Shown: positions 28,127-39,555, counted from the stretch's first letter. The stretch: 64,000 bases of DNA from an uncultured Gammaproteobacteria bacterium (GCA_964549165.1 CAZJUH010000002.1:1896-65895), one strand, 5' to 3'. Program-made: numbers and translations. The notes: generated from the letters alone by a model not told the origin.

Positions 28127-30238
28127 ATGGCAGAAGCTATTCAAGTCAGCAAAAACAGAGTCGTCCCGATGGATAAAGTTAGAAACATCGGCATTATCGC
28201 TCATATTGATGGTGGTAAAACCACCACTACTGAGCGCTTGCTTTTTTATACTGGCAATATCCACAAAATCGGTTCTGTTGATGAGGGAACTACTACCACC
28301 GATTCTATGATTCAGGAACGGGAGAGAGGGATTACTATTCAATCCGCCTGTGTCACCACCTATTGGAAAAATTATCGTATCAATATTATCGATACTCCGG
28401 GGCACGTTGACTTTACTGCTGAGGTAGAAAGATCTCTTCGCGTTCTCGACGGAGCCATTATGATTTTTGACGGTAATGCTGGGGTTCAGGCGCAAAGCGA
28501 AACTGTTTGGCGTCAAGCTGATAAATATCAAGTTCCTCGCCTCGCCTATGTCAATAAAATGGACAAGATTGGCGCTTCTTTTCAGGCCACCCTTGAGTCT
28601 ATCAAGCAAAAACTTCATGCTCCGATTGTGTCAGTGGTTTATCCCATCGGCGAAGAGCACGATTTTATGGGGGTCATTGATCTTATGGAGATGAAAATGA
28701 TTGTCTATGATAAAGATGAAGAAGGTATGGAATTTACCGTCAAAGATGTTACTCCTGAATATTTAGAGGCAGCCACGGCAGCCCGGGCGGCTATGGTTGA
28801 AAAAATTGCCAGTGAAGATGAGACTTTAATGGAAAAATTCCTAAGTGATCAGGAAATCTCTGTCGCTGAATTAAAAGCGGTTTTGCGCCACGCGACTATC
28901 AATAGAAAATTATTCCCAGTTTATTGTGGTGCTTCTTGGCGAAACAAGGGAATTCATCCCATTTTGGATGCCATTGTTGATTATCTTCCTTCACCTCTTG
29001 ATATTCCTCCCACCGAGGGTTTTGATATTGTAACGGGCGAGGTCATCAGTCGAAAAGCGGAAAATCAAGAACCTTTTTCCGGTCTTTTATTCAAAGTTCA
29101 ATCTGATCCTCATGTGGGTACTCTTTCTTATGTCCGGATTTATTCTGGGACCGTCAAAACCGGTCAAGAAGTATACAATCCCAATAAGCAAAAAAACGAA
29201 AGAATTGGCCGTTTACTGCTTATGCATGCTGATAAACGCGAAGGAATAGAAGAAGGTTATGCTGGCGAAATTATTGCTTGTATTGGTTTAAAAGAATCAA
29301 CTACCGGTGACACTCTTTGTGACAAGCTTCACCCCATTTCTCTGTCTCCCATTCAATTTTCCGAACCGGTAATTTCCCTCTCAATTGAACCGGAAACTGC
29401 CGATGATCAGGAAAAAATGGGAGCTGCCCTAAATCGTCTATCTTCAGAAGATCCGACTTTTAAAGTCTCATATAACCACGAAACTGGTCAAACTATTATC
29501 GCCGGTATGGGTGAACTCTACCTTGAAATTATCGTTGACCGTCTTAAAAGAGAATTTGGAGTTAATGTTAAAACCGGAGCCCCTCAGGTTGCTTATCGGG
29601 AAACTATCTCTGCTAACGCTGAAGGTGAGGGTAAATATATTCATCAGTCTGGAGGTCATGGTCAATACGGCCACTGTAAAATCCGCATTGAACCCAAAAA
29701 TAGAGGCGAAGGCGTGGAATTTGTCAACGCCATCAAAGGTGGAGTAATTCCCGCCAATTTTATCCCGGCCATTGAAAAAGGAGTTCGTGAGACTCTAACC
29801 AAGGGGATAATCGCTGGTTATCCTTGTACCGATATCAAAATTTCTGTTTATGACGGTTCTTATCACGATGTTGATTCATCTGAAGCCGCTTTTAAATTAG
29901 CCGGATCTTACGCCATTAAAGACGCTTTTGTTCAAGCAAACCCTTTAATTCTTGAACCTATCATGAAGTTTGAAGTAGCGACTCCTTCAGAATTTTTAGG
30001 CACCGTTATCGGTGACCTTTCTTCGAGGCGTGGTCAAGTTGGCGGTACTTCTGAAGCTTTTGGCTTTACTACCGTTACTGCCACTGTTCCACTTGAAGCT
30101 GTTCGCGGCTATGCTACTGTTATCCGCTCCTTGACTCAGGGTCGAGGCTCTTTTTACATGGAACCCAGTCACTATGACCCCGTTCCCCGTGATATTCAAG
30201 AAAAATTGACCATCAAAACCACCGACAAAAAAGATTAA
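28127..30238 (+). CDS. fusA: Elongation factor G
   Basis: GTPase motifs AHIDGGKTT, DTPGHVDF. Start chosen at MAEAIQV. Confidence 0.9.
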   Translation: MAEAIQVSKNRVVPMDKVRNIGIIAHIDGGKTTTTERLLFYTGNIHKIGSVDEGTTTTDSMIQERERGITIQSACVTTYWKNYRINIIDTPGHVDFTAEVERSLRVLDGAIMIFDGNAGVQAQSETVWRQADKYQVPRLAYVNKMDKIGASFQATLESIKQKLHAPIVSVVYPIGEEHDFMGVIDLMEMKMIVYDKDEEGMEFTVKDVTPEYLEAATAARAAMVEKIASEDETLMEKFLSDQEISVAELKAVLRHATINRKLFPVYCGASWRNKGIHPILDAIVDYLPSPLDIPPTEGFDIVTGEVISRKAENQEPFSGLLFKVQSDPHVGTLSYVRIYSGTVKTGQEVYNPNKQKNERIGRLLLMHADKREGIEEGYAGEIIACIGLKESTTGDTLCDKLHPISLSPIQFSEPVISLSIEPETADDQEKMGAALNRLSSEDPTFKVSYNHETGQTIIAGMGELYLEIIVDRLKREFGVNVKTGAPQVAYRETISANAEGEGKYIHQSGGHGQYGHCKIRIEPKNRGEGVEFVNAIKGGVIPANFIPAIEKGVRETLTKGIIAGYPCTDIKISVYDGSYHDVDSSEAAFKLAGSYAIKDAFVQANPLILEPIMKFEVATPSEFLGTVIGDLSSRRGQVGGTSEAFGFTTVTATVPLEAVRGYATVIRSLTQGRGSFYMEPSHYDPVPRDIQEKLTIKTTDKKD

Positions 30239-30335
30239 GAGTCTTTACAAGGTTTTTATTTCTCTCTTTTTGTGCTATCATCGGATAAATTACTCGAAAA
30301 AGCTTTAATTTTGTTTTTTTGGCTTCACTTCCATC

Positions 30336-30364
30336 TTGCGAATCTGAGGCCTTACTGATACAAT
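30336..30364 (+). promoter_or_regulatory. Candidate internal promoter TTGCGA-17-TACAAT in the 200-nt fusA-tuf spacer
   Basis: Hexamers seen directly. Untested. Confidence 0.3.
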
Positions 30365-30440
30365 TCTAAAGCGTTTTTCGCTACAATTATATTGTTATTA
30401 ATTTTCCGCGGAAAGCGGATATTTTACAAAAAACAAACAT

Positions 30441-31613
30441 ATGGCAGACGTCTATAAAAGAAACAAACCGCACGTTAATGTCGGTACTATTGGTCATGTT
30501 GACCATGGCAAAACTACTTTAACTGCAGCTATTACAAAAACCCAAGGAAACGCAAAATCATACGCTGATATTGCCAAGGGAGGCACCGTTCGTGATGCCA
30601 ACAAAATCGTTACTATTGCTATTTCTCATGTTGAATATGAGAGCGAAAAAAGACACTACGCTCATATCGACTGTCCAGGCCACGCTGACTATGTCAAAAA
30701 CATGATTACCGGTGCCGCTCAAATGGATGGCGCTATTTTGGTAGTTTCTGCTCCTGATGGCCCAATGCCTCAAACCCGCGAGCACGTTTTACTTGCAAAG
30801 CAGGTAAATGTTCCCGCCCTCGTCGTCTTTTTAAACAAAGTCGATTTAGTTACCGATGCTGAATTTTTAGATTTAGTTGAAATGGAAATAAGGGATCTTT
30901 TAACCAAATATGGTTATCCAGGCAGCGAAATTCCTATCATCCGTGGTTCTGCTCTTAAAGCCTTAAATGGTGATGCTGAAGGCATTGAATCCATTAAAAA
31001 ATTAATGGAAGCTCTCGATACCTATATTCCTGAGCCTATTCGTGAACTTGACAAGCCATTTTTAATGCCGATTGAAGACGTCTTTTCGATCAAAGGTCGC
31101 GGTACTGTCGCTACCGGTAGAATCGAACGCGGTCTCGTCAAAATCAACGACGAAGTCGAAATTGTCGGTCTTCGAGACACCAAAAAAGTCGTGGTCACTG
31201 GAGTCGAAATGTTCCACAAACAACTTGAACAAGGTCAAGCTGGCGACAATGTTGGTTTGCTTCTTCGGGGCATCGAAAAAGACGATATTGAACGCGGTCA
31301 GGTTCTAGCCAAAATCGGCACTATTACTCCTCACACCGAATTCAAAGCTGAAGTGTTGTTGCTCAAAAAAGAAGAGGGTGGTCGTCATACTCCAATTTTT
31401 GCTGGTTATCGACCTCAAGTCTTTATTAGAACCACTGACGTCACCGGCGAAGTTATCCTCCCTGACGGTGTCGAAATGGTTATGCCAGGTGATAATGCCC
31501 ATGTTACCATTAAATTAATAAAAGCCGTTGCCATGGAATCGGGCTTCCGTTTCGCTATCCGCGAAGGTGGTCTAACTGTTGGTGCCGGTGCTATCACTGA
31601 AATTATTAAATAA
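30441..31613 (+). CDS. tuf: Elongation factor Tu
   Basis: Canonical EF-Tu. Confidence 0.95.
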   Translation: MADVYKRNKPHVNVGTIGHVDHGKTTLTAAITKTQGNAKSYADIAKGGTVRDANKIVTIAISHVEYESEKRHYAHIDCPGHADYVKNMITGAAQMDGAILVVSAPDGPMPQTREHVLLAKQVNVPALVVFLNKVDLVTDAEFLDLVEMEIRDLLTKYGYPGSEIPIIRGSALKALNGDAEGIESIKKLMEALDTYIPEPIRELDKPFLMPIEDVFSIKGRGTVATGRIERGLVKINDEVEIVGLRDTKKVVVTGVEMFHKQLEQGQAGDNVGLLLRGIEKDDIERGQVLAKIGTITPHTEFKAEVLLLKKEEGGRHTPIFAGYRPQVFIRTTDVTGEVILPDGVEMVMPGDNAHVTIKLIKAVAMESGFRFAIREGGLTVGAGAITEIIK

Positions 31614-31615
31614 AA

Positions 31616-31924
31616 ATGAAAGGCACCCGGATTCGTATTAGACTTAAATCTTTTGACCACCGCCTCATTGACGAGGCGGCGGTCAAGATTGTTGAGGCTG
31701 CGATTACCGCCGGTGCTTCTGTTCAAGGCCCCATTCCTTTACCTACTGCCCGTAAACTCATTACAGTTTTAACTAGTCCTCATACCGATAAAAACGCTCG
31801 TGATCACTACGAAGTTTTGACTCACAAGCGTCTAATTGATATCTTCAGCACTAATCTTCGGACTGTCGACAGTCTTCAGCACCTCGACTTACCCTCTGGA
31901 GTTGAAGTTGAAGTCAAGATGTAA
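31616..31924 (+). CDS. rpsJ: 30S ribosomal protein S10
   Basis: Canonical S10. Confidence 0.95.
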   Translation: MKGTRIRIRLKSFDHRLIDEAAVKIVEAAITAGASVQGPIPLPTARKLITVLTSPHTDKNARDHYEVLTHKRLIDIFSTNLRTVDSLQHLDLPSGVEVEVKM

Positions 31925-31931
31925 TACCGCT

Positions 31932-32489
31932 ATGATTTCTGGATTCCTCACTCAAAAAAAATACATGACTAGTCTTTTTTCCGAAGCTGGTAAAAGGATA
32001 GGAGTTACTGTTTTAGAGGCGAGGCCCCTGACTGTCAACCGACTCCGAAGCAAAGACAAAGACGGTTACGAAGCTCTTCAGCTCAAAACTCACAAAAATA
32101 AATTAATAGAATTTAAATCTACCAGCGAAACTTATCCCGAACTAAAGACAGAAATCACTATCGATACGGTTTTTTCTCCCGGCGACCAGGTTTCAGCGAC
32201 CAGCAATAGTAAAGGTCGTGGATTTGCTGGTGTTATCAAGCGCCATGGTTTTCATCGCCAGCCTGTTACCGGCGGTCAATCCGACCGGGTTCGTGCCCCT
32301 GGTTCCATCGGTGCCCAGACTCCTGGAAAAGTCATTAAAGGTAAAAAAATGCCCGGACATTACGGTAATACTAAAGTTACAGTCTCCAATTTAAAAATTT
32401 TTAAAGTTGATAAAGATCAGAATTTACTTTATGTCACCGGTGCCGTTCCTGGCCATGTTAATTCTTGGGTTGTAATTTCTAAAAAATAA
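31932..32489 (+). CDS. rplC: 50S ribosomal protein L3
   Basis: L3 motifs. Start chosen at MISGFLTQKK. Confidence 0.9.
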   Translation: MISGFLTQKKYMTSLFSEAGKRIGVTVLEARPLTVNRLRSKDKDGYEALQLKTHKNKLIEFKSTSETYPELKTEITIDTVFSPGDQVSATSNSKGRGFAGVIKRHGFHRQPVTGGQSDRVRAPGSIGAQTPGKVIKGKKMPGHYGNTKVTVSNLKIFKVDKDQNLLYVTGAVPGHVNSWVVISKK

Positions 32490-32491
32490 TT

Positions 32492-33127
32492 ATGAAAGCA
32501 AGTTTATATAATCTCCAGGCAGAAAAGATAAAAGAAGTCACCCTTCCCGCTGCTTTTTTTGATGCCAAAATCAATGATGATTTAATTGCTCAGGCCATCA
32601 AAATTTATCTTCACAATCAACGCGCCGCTCATGCGGTCGCTAAACACCGAGGTGAAATTGCCGGAACTACCAAAAAAATGTATGCCCAAAAAGGTACCGG
32701 TCAGGCTCGTCATAGTACTGCCAAGGCTCCTCAATTTGTGGGCGGAGGTTCGGCCAACGGTCCCAGAGGTAATCAAAAAACTCCCATGCGTCTATCTCAA
32801 AAACTACGTCAATCAGCCTTAAAATCCGTCTTATCTAAATTTGCCAAAGATAAATCAATTATTGTCATTGACAAATTATCGGCGATTGAACCCAAAACAA
32901 AATCAGCTTCAGCTTTTATCGGAAAACTCGAAAAACAAATCGAATCGTTGGCAAATAGCCGTAAAATTGGTATCATAACCAGTCGTCATTTTGATAGCGT
33001 CCAGCGCGCTTTTAGAAACATTCCCGACATTAATTTAATCTCAGTTAGATCTCTCAATAGTTATGATTTAGCGAGACAAAATTATTTAATTTTTACGGCC
33101 ACCGCCTTAAAACAACTAAGCAAATAA
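32492..33127 (+). CDS. rplD: 50S ribosomal protein L4
   Basis: Operon position and L4 motifs. Confidence 0.9.
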   Translation: MKASLYNLQAEKIKEVTLPAAFFDAKINDDLIAQAIKIYLHNQRAAHAVAKHRGEIAGTTKKMYAQKGTGQARHSTAKAPQFVGGGSANGPRGNQKTPMRLSQKLRQSALKSVLSKFAKDKSIIVIDKLSAIEPKTKSASAFIGKLEKQIESLANSRKIGIITSRHFDSVQRAFRNIPDINLISVRSLNSYDLARQNYLIFTATALKQLSK

Positions 33128-33131
33128 AAAT

Positions 33132-33419
33132 ATGATTATTAAAAGGCCTTTAGTCACTGAAAAAGCCATCGCTGCCCAGTCAAATGGGAAGTATTCCTTT
33201 CTCGTTGATCAAAAAGCTAACAAAAATCAAGTCGCCGCTGAGTTTAAATCACTTTTTGGTATCAACGCTCTAAAAGTAAATTTATTTAATTTAAAAGGAA
33301 AGATAAAAACCAACTGGAAAACTCGTAGTCCCATTGTTCATCCCGATCGTAAAAAAGCCGTTATTACTATTAAAAAAGATCAAAAAATCGATCTTTTAAC
33401 CCTAAAAAATGAAAAATAG
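33132..33419 (+). CDS. rplW: 50S ribosomal protein L23
   Basis: Operon position and L23 motifs. Confidence 0.9.
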   Translation: MIIKRPLVTEKAIAAQSNGKYSFLVDQKANKNQVAAEFKSLFGINALKVNLFNLKGKIKTNWKTRSPIVHPDRKKAVITIKKDQKIDLLTLKNEK

Positions 33420-34152
33420 ATTATTAACCATCAAGAAAAAGCGCAGCGGTCGTGACTCTCAGGGTCATGTTTCAGTTCGCCACCGCGGTGGTGAACACAA
33501 ACGTTTTCTCCGTCTCATCGACTGGAAAAGAAACAAGATTGATGTTAAAGCCAAAGTTACCATTATTGAATACGATCCCAACCGCAGTGCCAACATTGCT
33601 TATCTCAGCTACGAAGACGGTTCTAAATCCTATATTTTAGCCACTGCCAACCTAAAGGTGGGTGATGTTATTGTCTCTTCTCCCAAGGCTCCCATCAAAG
33701 ATGGTAACAGGTTGCTTCTAAAAAATATTCCCGTTGGTACTCCTATCAACTGCCTGGAATTTCAAGCTGGTCGTGGGGCGCAGATAATTAAATCTGCCGG
33801 TTCTGCCGCTTTTATTCAATCAATTGATGTCAACAAGGTAACAGTTAAATTACCCTCCGGCGAGCTTCGCCTTTTTCCTGGTAACGCCTGCGCTACCATT
33901 GGTCAAATTGGTAATGTCGATCATTCAAACATTAAATTAATTAAAGCCGGTGATTCTCGCCACCGTGGCATTCGACCCTCTGTTCGGGGTGTGGCTCAAA
34001 ATCCTCACTCTCATCCTCATGGAGGCGGTGAAGGTCGCTCCAGTATTGGTATGAATCCCAAAACTCCTTGGGGTAAACCAGCCATGGGTAAAAAAACCAG
34101 AAAACATAAAAAAGCCTCAAATAAGTTAATTATTCAACGAAGAAAAAAGTAA
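33409..34152 (+). CDS. rplB: 50S ribosomal protein L2
   Basis: Canonical L2, C-terminal GGGEGR. Confidence 0.95.
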   Translation: MKNRLLTIKKKRSGRDSQGHVSVRHRGGEHKRFLRLIDWKRNKIDVKAKVTIIEYDPNRSANIAYLSYEDGSKSYILATANLKVGDVIVSSPKAPIKDGNRLLLKNIPVGTPINCLEFQAGRGAQIIKSAGSAAFIQSIDVNKVTVKLPSGELRLFPGNACATIGQIGNVDHSNIKLIKAGDSRHRGIRPSVRGVAQNPHSHPHGGGEGRSSIGMNPKTPWGKPAMGKKTRKHKKASNKLIIQRRKK

Positions 34153-34155
34153 ACT

Positions 34156-34431
34156 ATGGCTAGATCGTCAAAAAAAGGTCCCTACATCGATGCTAAATTG
34201 ATAAAAAAAACAGCGGCGAGTCACGATGCCACTCCTATTAAAACTTATGCCCGGGGTAGTCAAATTTCTCCTGATTTTGTCGGTCATCATTACTCTGTTC
34301 ACAATGGTCACAAATTTATTGAAGTTTATGTCACTGAAGACATGGTCGGTCATCGTTTTGGTGAGTTTTCCTTGACGAGAACCTTTAAAGGTCATGGTCG
34401 GATAGTTAAGCGGGTTATTGAAAAAACATAA
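34156..34431 (+). CDS. rpsS: 30S ribosomal protein S19
   Basis: Canonical S19. Confidence 0.95.
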   Translation: MARSSKKGPYIDAKLIKKTAASHDATPIKTYARGSQISPDFVGHHYSVHNGHKFIEVYVTEDMVGHRFGEFSLTRTFKGHGRIVKRVIEKT

Positions 34432-34434
34432 AAT

Positions 34435-34881
34435 ATGGCTAAAGAAATTAATAAAACTACTACCAAAAAAGTTGTTGCAAAAAAAGTTGCTACTCCGGTT
34501 GTAGCCACTCCAGTAGTCCCCGAGGTCGAATTCAAATTATCAAAATACACCGATAAAAATTTAAAAATTTCTCCCCGAAAACTTCGTCTTTTGGCCACTT
34601 CAATCAAGAAGATATCCCCCGAAATTGCTTTAACTAAATTATCTTTGACCAATACCAAAGCTGCCAGAGTTTTGGTCTCGGCTCTAAAAACTGCCATTTC
34701 TGTCGCTAAAAATAATTACGATCTATCTCCCGAGACTCTTAAATTTGATACAATTACCGTCAACGAAGGTCCCAAAACCAAACGGATGGATAAATCTCAT
34801 GGCTCTCATTTTGCCAGAGGTATAATCATCAAACGTCACAGTTACTTAACCATAATCATTAAAGGTCAAGTCAAAAAATAA
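34435..34881 (+). CDS. rplV: 50S ribosomal protein L22 (Lys/Val-rich N-terminal extension)
   Basis: L22 core. Confidence 0.9.
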   Translation: MAKEINKTTTKKVVAKKVATPVVATPVVPEVEFKLSKYTDKNLKISPRKLRLLATSIKKISPEIALTKLSLTNTKAARVLVSALKTAISVAKNNYDLSPETLKFDTITVNEGPKTKRMDKSHGSHFARGIIIKRHSYLTIIIKGQVKK

Positions 34882-34884
34882 TTT

Positions 34885-35529
34885 ATGGGTCAAAAAATTA
34901 ATCCAATTGCTTTCAGGCTAAAAACCACCTCCACCTCTCCCGAGTGGCAGTCTTCCTGGTATGCCAGCAAAACCAAATATAAAGAGCTTCTTCTCGAAGA
35001 CTACAAAATTCGCCAGGTTTTACAAAAAAAACTATCTTCGGCGGGTATTGTTGCTATTCGAATTGAACGTTCAGCTAAAAAAATTAAATTAATTTTAATT
35101 GTTTCCCGTCCAGGTCTGGTCATTGGTCGTGGTGGTAAAGAGCTCGAAGCCACCAAGCTTGAAGTTCAAAAAATAATTGGCAAACAAAAAACCAAAACCA
35201 ACATTGATATTCAGGTTGAAGAATTTAAAAATACCGATTTATCAGCTAAATTAGTAGCTGAAAAAATTTCTTTTCAGCTTGCTAAGCGTATGCCTTACCG
35301 TCGCGTTGTTTTATCTGCCATTGAAAAATCTATGGCCGCTGGCGTCAAAGGGATAAAAGTAATTCTCTCTGGTCGTATAAATGGCGCCGAAATTAGTCGC
35401 CGGGAAAAATTTCATCAAGGCCAAGTTCCCTTAAGTACCATAAAAGCTAGAATTGATTATGCCGAAGTTCCGTGTCTGACCCGGTCCGGATATATCGGGG
35501 TTAAAGTTTATCTTTGCTTAACTCAATAA
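34885..35529 (+). CDS. rpsC: 30S ribosomal protein S3
   Basis: KH domain plus the S3 C-terminus. Confidence 0.95.
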   Translation: MGQKINPIAFRLKTTSTSPEWQSSWYASKTKYKELLLEDYKIRQVLQKKLSSAGIVAIRIERSAKKIKLILIVSRPGLVIGRGGKELEATKLEVQKIIGKQKTKTNIDIQVEEFKNTDLSAKLVAEKISFQLAKRMPYRRVVLSAIEKSMAAGVKGIKVILSGRINGAEISRREKFHQGQVPLSTIKARIDYAEVPCLTRSGYIGVKVYLCLTQ

Positions 35530-35530
35530 C

Positions 35531-35935
35531 ATGTTACAACCATCACGTACTAAATACCGAAAGCAATTTCGTGGTCGAATGAGAGGTAATTCTCAGGGTA
35601 ATTTAGTCGCCTTTGGTGAATATGGCTTAAAAGCCATGACTTGCGGCTGGATTACCAGCAATCAAATTGAAGCCGCCCGTCGGGCTATTGCCCATGCCAC
35701 CAAGAGAAATGGTCGTATTTGGATTCGTATTTTCCCTGACAAACCCTTTACTCAAAAAGGTGCTGGTGCCCCCCTTGGTGCTGGCAAAGGTGATGTCAAG
35801 GGTTATGTCTGTGTTATTCGTCCTGGTCGTATTTTATTCGAAGTTACTGGCATTACCTTGGCCGAGGCTCATGAAGCTTTGAAACTTGCCGCTGCCAAAT
35901 TACCAGTTATTACCAAAGTAGTTAAAAGAAAATAA
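35531..35935 (+). CDS. rplP: 50S ribosomal protein L16
   Basis: Canonical L16. Confidence 0.95.
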   Translation: MLQPSRTKYRKQFRGRMRGNSQGNLVAFGEYGLKAMTCGWITSNQIEAARRAIAHATKRNGRIWIRIFPDKPFTQKGAGAPLGAGKGDVKGYVCVIRPGRILFEVTGITLAEAHEALKLAAAKLPVITKVVKRK

Positions 35936-35950
35936 TTTACTAAAGATTTT

Positions 35951-36148
35951 ATGAAAAAAACTGATAAAATTGCCTACAAGCAAAAAACAAAAGAAGAATT
36001 GATTACTAATTTGGCTGATCTTAGAAAAAAATTGATGGAAGCCAAGAGTAAACAATATTTAGGCAATCAAAAAGATACTTCTGTTTTTAAAAAAATTCAG
36101 TCAGAAATAGCCTTAATTTCGACATTAATTAATCAAAATGACAGATAA
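35951..36148 (+). CDS. rpmC: 50S ribosomal protein L29
   Basis: Operon position, small helical protein. Confidence 0.85.
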   Translation: MKKTDKIAYKQKTKEELITNLADLRKKLMEAKSKQYLGNQKDTSVFKKIQSEIALISTLINQNDR

Positions 36149-36407
36149 AATTACTCCCAAAACTGGAAAAATTTTTACCGGCATTGTTGTCTCTGACAAA
36201 ATAGCTAGCACTATTGTGATCTCCTTGTCCTACACCTTTCGCCATCCTCTTTATCAAAAAATAGTCAAGAAAAATAAAAAAATTTATGCTGAAAATAATC
36301 TCAAGGCCAAAATTGGCGATACCGTTAAAGTTCGTGAAACTCGACCTTTAAGTAAACTCAAAAGATTCATTACCTTAGAAATTATTAAATCGGGCACCGC
36401 CGAGTAA
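36138..36407 (+). CDS. rpsQ: 30S ribosomal protein S17
   Basis: Canonical S17. Confidence 0.9.
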   Translation: MTDKITPKTGKIFTGIVVSDKIASTIVISLSYTFRHPLYQKIVKKNKKIYAENNLKAKIGDTVKVRETRPLSKLKRFITLEIIKSGTAE

Positions 36408-36408
36408 T

Positions 36409-36777
36409 ATGCTTCAACTTAGAACCCGTCTCAAACCAGCTGATAATTGCGGCGCCAAATCTCTCGAAATTATGCATATTTATATTGGTTCAAAGCACAA
36501 ACAGGCCGGTATTGGCGACACTGTTCTCGCCGTTGTCAAAGAAGCAATGCCCAATGGTCTTGTCAAAAAGAAAGAAAAAGTTAAGGCTGTTATCGTCCGT
36601 ACCAAAAAAGAATTAGGTCGTACCGATGGCTCATATATTCGTTTTTCCGACAATGCTGCTGTCATTATTGATTCTCAAAAAAATCCTCGGGGTACTCGCA
36701 TCTTTGGCCCAATTGCCCGCGAAATAAAAGATGCCGGTTATACCAAAATTGCTTCTATGGCCAAGGAGGTTTATTAA
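36409..36777 (+). CDS. rplN: 50S ribosomal protein L14
   Basis: Canonical L14. Confidence 0.95.
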   Translation: MLQLRTRLKPADNCGAKSLEIMHIYIGSKHKQAGIGDTVLAVVKEAMPNGLVKKKEKVKAVIVRTKKELGRTDGSYIRFSDNAAVIIDSQKNPRGTRIFGPIAREIKDAGYTKIASMAKEVY

Positions 36778-36778
36778 T

Positions 36779-37099
36779 ATGAAAATTCAAAAAGGTGATA
36801 AAGTCGAAATTTTAATTGGTAAAGATAAGGGTCGCAGTGGGCAGGTTCTTCGTGTTTTTACTAAAAATGAAGAAATAATTATCAAAGGCTTAAATTTATT
36901 CAAAAAACATATAAAACCTAGTCAAGGTCAAAAAGGTGGTATTGTTGAAAAAGAAAGAGTCCTGAAAGTTAGTAAAGTCATGCTAATTTGTCCGAGCTGT
37001 GGCAAAAAAGTTCGCGTTGCTTACCAAATTGATAAAAACGGTGACAAATCAAGAATTTGTCGCAAATGTAAATCTATTATTATGCCGAGCAAAAAATAA
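36779..37099 (+). CDS. rplX: 50S ribosomal protein L24 with a C-terminal Zn-ribbon. Start at MKIQKGDKV, with an AAGGAGGT Shine-Dalgarno sequence at 36764-36771.
   Basis: KOW motif. CPSCGKK...CRKC. Confidence 0.9.
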   Translation: MKIQKGDKVEILIGKDKGRSGQVLRVFTKNEEIIIKGLNLFKKHIKPSQGQKGGIVEKERVLKVSKVMLICPSCGKKVRVAYQIDKNGDKSRICRKCKSIIMPSKK

Positions 37100-37104
37100 A
37101 TCAT

Positions 37105-37635
37105 ATGATATCACCTTATCTTAAAGAAATTAATCAAAAACTAACTCAGACACTGGGAATAAAAAATCCCAATGCTTTGCCTAAATTAACTAAAGTCGTT
37201 ATTAATTATCGTGTTTCCGAGGGTCGGGAAAGTAAAGAACTTTTAGCTGCCGCTGAAAAAGAATTAATGGCCATTACTGGTCAAAAACCACGTTTGGCCC
37301 GTTCCAAAAAATCTGTTGCGGCTTTTAAACTTCGTCAGGGAGAACCTCTTGCTTATAAGGTAACCCTTCGCTCTAGTCGGATGTATGATTTTATCAATAA
37401 GCTTTTTAACTTAGTCTTACCTCGTCTTCGTGACTTTAAAGGTTTGCCTTTAGATTCTTTCGATAAACAGGGAAATTATTCCCTCACAATTCGTGATCAA
37501 ACTTATTTTCCTGAGATAGATCTCGATGTTATCAATAAAATTCGATCAGTTGAAGTTACTCTATGTATTTCTGCTTCTTCAATCGAGGAGTCAAAAATGT
37601 TATTATCCACCCTGGGATTTCCCTTTGAAAAATAA
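37105..37635 (+). CDS. rplE: 50S ribosomal protein L5
   Basis: Canonical L5. Confidence 0.9.
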   Translation: MISPYLKEINQKLTQTLGIKNPNALPKLTKVVINYRVSEGRESKELLAAAEKELMAITGQKPRLARSKKSVAAFKLRQGEPLAYKVTLRSSRMYDFINKLFNLVLPRLRDFKGLPLDSFDKQGNYSLTIRDQTYFPEIDLDVINKIRSVEVTLCISASSIEESKMLLSTLGFPFEK

Positions 37636-37637
37636 AT

Positions 37638-37823
37638 ATGGCCACCACTGCAAAAAAAGTTAGAGAACTAAAAAAATTAAAGTATTCTGTGCGTTACCAC
37701 AATCGCTGTCAGCTTTGTGGTCGACCTAGGGCATATATTCGCCTTTTCGGACTTTGTCGTTTATGCTTTAGAAAATTAGCCAACACTGGCGCCCTTCCTG
37801 GGGTTAAAAGAGCCAGCTGGTAA
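37638..37823 (+). CDS. rpsN: 30S ribosomal protein S14, Zn-binding (type Z)
   Basis: 61 aa with CQLCGR...CRLCFR. Confidence 0.9.
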   Translation: MATTAKKVRELKKLKYSVRYHNRCQLCGRPRAYIRLFGLCRLCFRKLANTGALPGVKRASW

Positions 37824-37827
37824 ACCT

Positions 37828-38196
37828 ATGATTAACTCTCTTTCATGTGACTTATTAATTAGAATCAAAAACGGTAGTCGGGCTGGTCGAAAAAATATTT
37901 CGGCACCCTTATCAAAATATTCTGTTTCTATTCTGGAAAAACTTAAAAAACACGGATTTATTGCTGATTTTACTGTTGATTCAAAAGAAAGACTCATTTC
38001 CATAAGTCAGCCCCGAATTCAAGATTTGGAAATCTATTCGAGACCTTCTCGCCGTCTTTATTGTACTTCTTCTTCCGTTCCTTGGGGAAAAACTCCAAAT
38101 TCATTAATTATTATTTCCACTTCCAGTGGTTTGCTCTCTCAAAAAGAGGCCGTCACCAAAAAACTTGGCGGGGAGCTTGTCGCTGAAATTTGGTAA
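37828..38196 (+). CDS. rpsH: 30S ribosomal protein S8
   Basis: Canonical S8. Confidence 0.9.
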   Translation: MINSLSCDLLIRIKNGSRAGRKNISAPLSKYSVSILEKLKKHGFIADFTVDSKERLISISQPRIQDLEIYSRPSRRLYCTSSSVPWGKTPNSLIIISTSSGLLSQKEAVTKKLGGELVAEIW

Positions 38197-38202
38197 ATAT
38201 TT

Positions 38203-38742
38203 ATGTCACGCATCGGCAAACAGATTATTATTATCCCAGAAAATGTCACTGTCAAAAGTGAGGCCTCTCTGGTTACTATTACCGGTCCCATGGGAACCCT
38301 CAGCCACAATATTCCCCCCAAAATCCAAGTTATCGTCGAAAACAATCAAATAAAAGTTACTCGCCTCGCCGAAGATAAGCAAACCCGTTCGAGTCATGGC
38401 ACACTTCGGGCTCATTTAAATAATATCGTTAAAGGAGTCGTTACTCCATGGAAAAAAGAACTAGAAATTCGTGGCACCGGATACAAAGCCTCAGTTTCCG
38501 GTAATAAATTAACTGTTCTTGCTGGTTATATTCACCCCGTCTTTATTTTGGCTCCAGAAGGTATTACTATCATTGTCAACGAAGAAACCAAAATCATTGT
38601 TTCGGGCTCTAATCGAGAAGTTGTCGGTCAAATTGCCAGCAATATTCGAAAAATCCGTCCTCCAGAGCCTTATAAAGGTAAGGGGATTCGTTATCTAAAT
38701 GAATTTATTAAGTTAAAAGCCGGTAAAACCGCCAAAGCTTAA
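38203..38742 (+). CDS. rplF: 50S ribosomal protein L6
   Basis: Canonical L6. Confidence 0.9.
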   Translation: MSRIGKQIIIIPENVTVKSEASLVTITGPMGTLSHNIPPKIQVIVENNQIKVTRLAEDKQTRSSHGTLRAHLNNIVKGVVTPWKKELEIRGTGYKASVSGNKLTVLAGYIHPVFILAPEGITIIVNEETKIIVSGSNREVVGQIASNIRKIRPPEPYKGKGIRYLNEFIKLKAGKTAKA

Positions 38743-38747
38743 AAAAT

Positions 38748-39092
38748 ATGACCACCCTTAATCAAAGTAAAACCAGACGTCTTCGCCGAGTTCGAGGAAA
38801 AATATCTCAAAATATTACTATTCCCCGTCTTTCGGTATTTCGGAGTAATTGTCATATTTGGGCTCAAATAATTGACGATAAACACGGCAAAACCTTAGTT
38901 TCTGCCTCCACCAAAACTGAAAAGACCAAGGGCACCAAATCCGAACAGGCTAAAGCCGTTGGTAAAGCCATTGCCAAACTAGCGGGGGTCAAAAAAATTA
39001 CCTTTATTAGATTTGATCGTGGTCTCTATCGTTATCACGGCCGGGTAAAAGCCTTGGCCGAGGGTGCCAGAGACGGAGGTCTAAAATTTTAA
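38748..39092 (+). CDS. rplR: 50S ribosomal protein L18
   Basis: Canonical L18. Confidence 0.9.
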   Translation: MTTLNQSKTRRLRRVRGKISQNITIPRLSVFRSNCHIWAQIIDDKHGKTLVSASTKTEKTKGTKSEQAKAVGKAIAKLAGVKKITFIRFDRGLYRYHGRVKALAEGARDGGLKF

Positions 39093-39098
39093 AAAATT

Positions 39099-39554
39099 AT
39101 GTACCAAGACAGAGAAGAAAAAATAGTCAGTGAATTTACCGACAAAGTTGTCGAAATTAAACGTGTTTCTAAAAAAACTAAAGGTGGTAATCAGATTTCC
39201 TTTACCGCTCTAGTGGTTACGGGAGACAAGAAAAATCGAGTTGGGGTTGGTCATGGCCGGGCTAAAAGTGTCGCCGATGCTATTCAAAAAGCTATCAATC
39301 GGGGTCGAAAATCACTCATCGAAGTTCCTATTATTAATGGAACTATTCCTGCCTCCATCAAATTAAAATTCAAGGGAGCTGTTATTCTTCTTCGTCCCGG
39401 TAAAGAGGGAAGCGGTTTAATCGCCGGCGGTCCTATCCGCTCAGTTGTTGAGCTGGCCGGAATCAAAGATGTTGTCAGTAAAATCATTGGCTCAAGAAAT
39501 AAATCTATTAATGTTTGGGCCACCATTAAAGCGTTAGAGATTCTCAAAAAATAA
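39099..39554 (+). CDS. rpsE: 30S ribosomal protein S5
   Basis: Canonical S5. Confidence 0.9.
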   Translation: MYQDREEKIVSEFTDKVVEIKRVSKKTKGGNQISFTALVVTGDKKNRVGVGHGRAKSVADAIQKAINRGRKSLIEVPIINGTIPASIKLKFKGAVILLRPGKEGSGLIAGGPIRSVVELAGIKDVVSKIIGSRNKSINVWATIKALEILKK

Positions 39555-39555
39555 T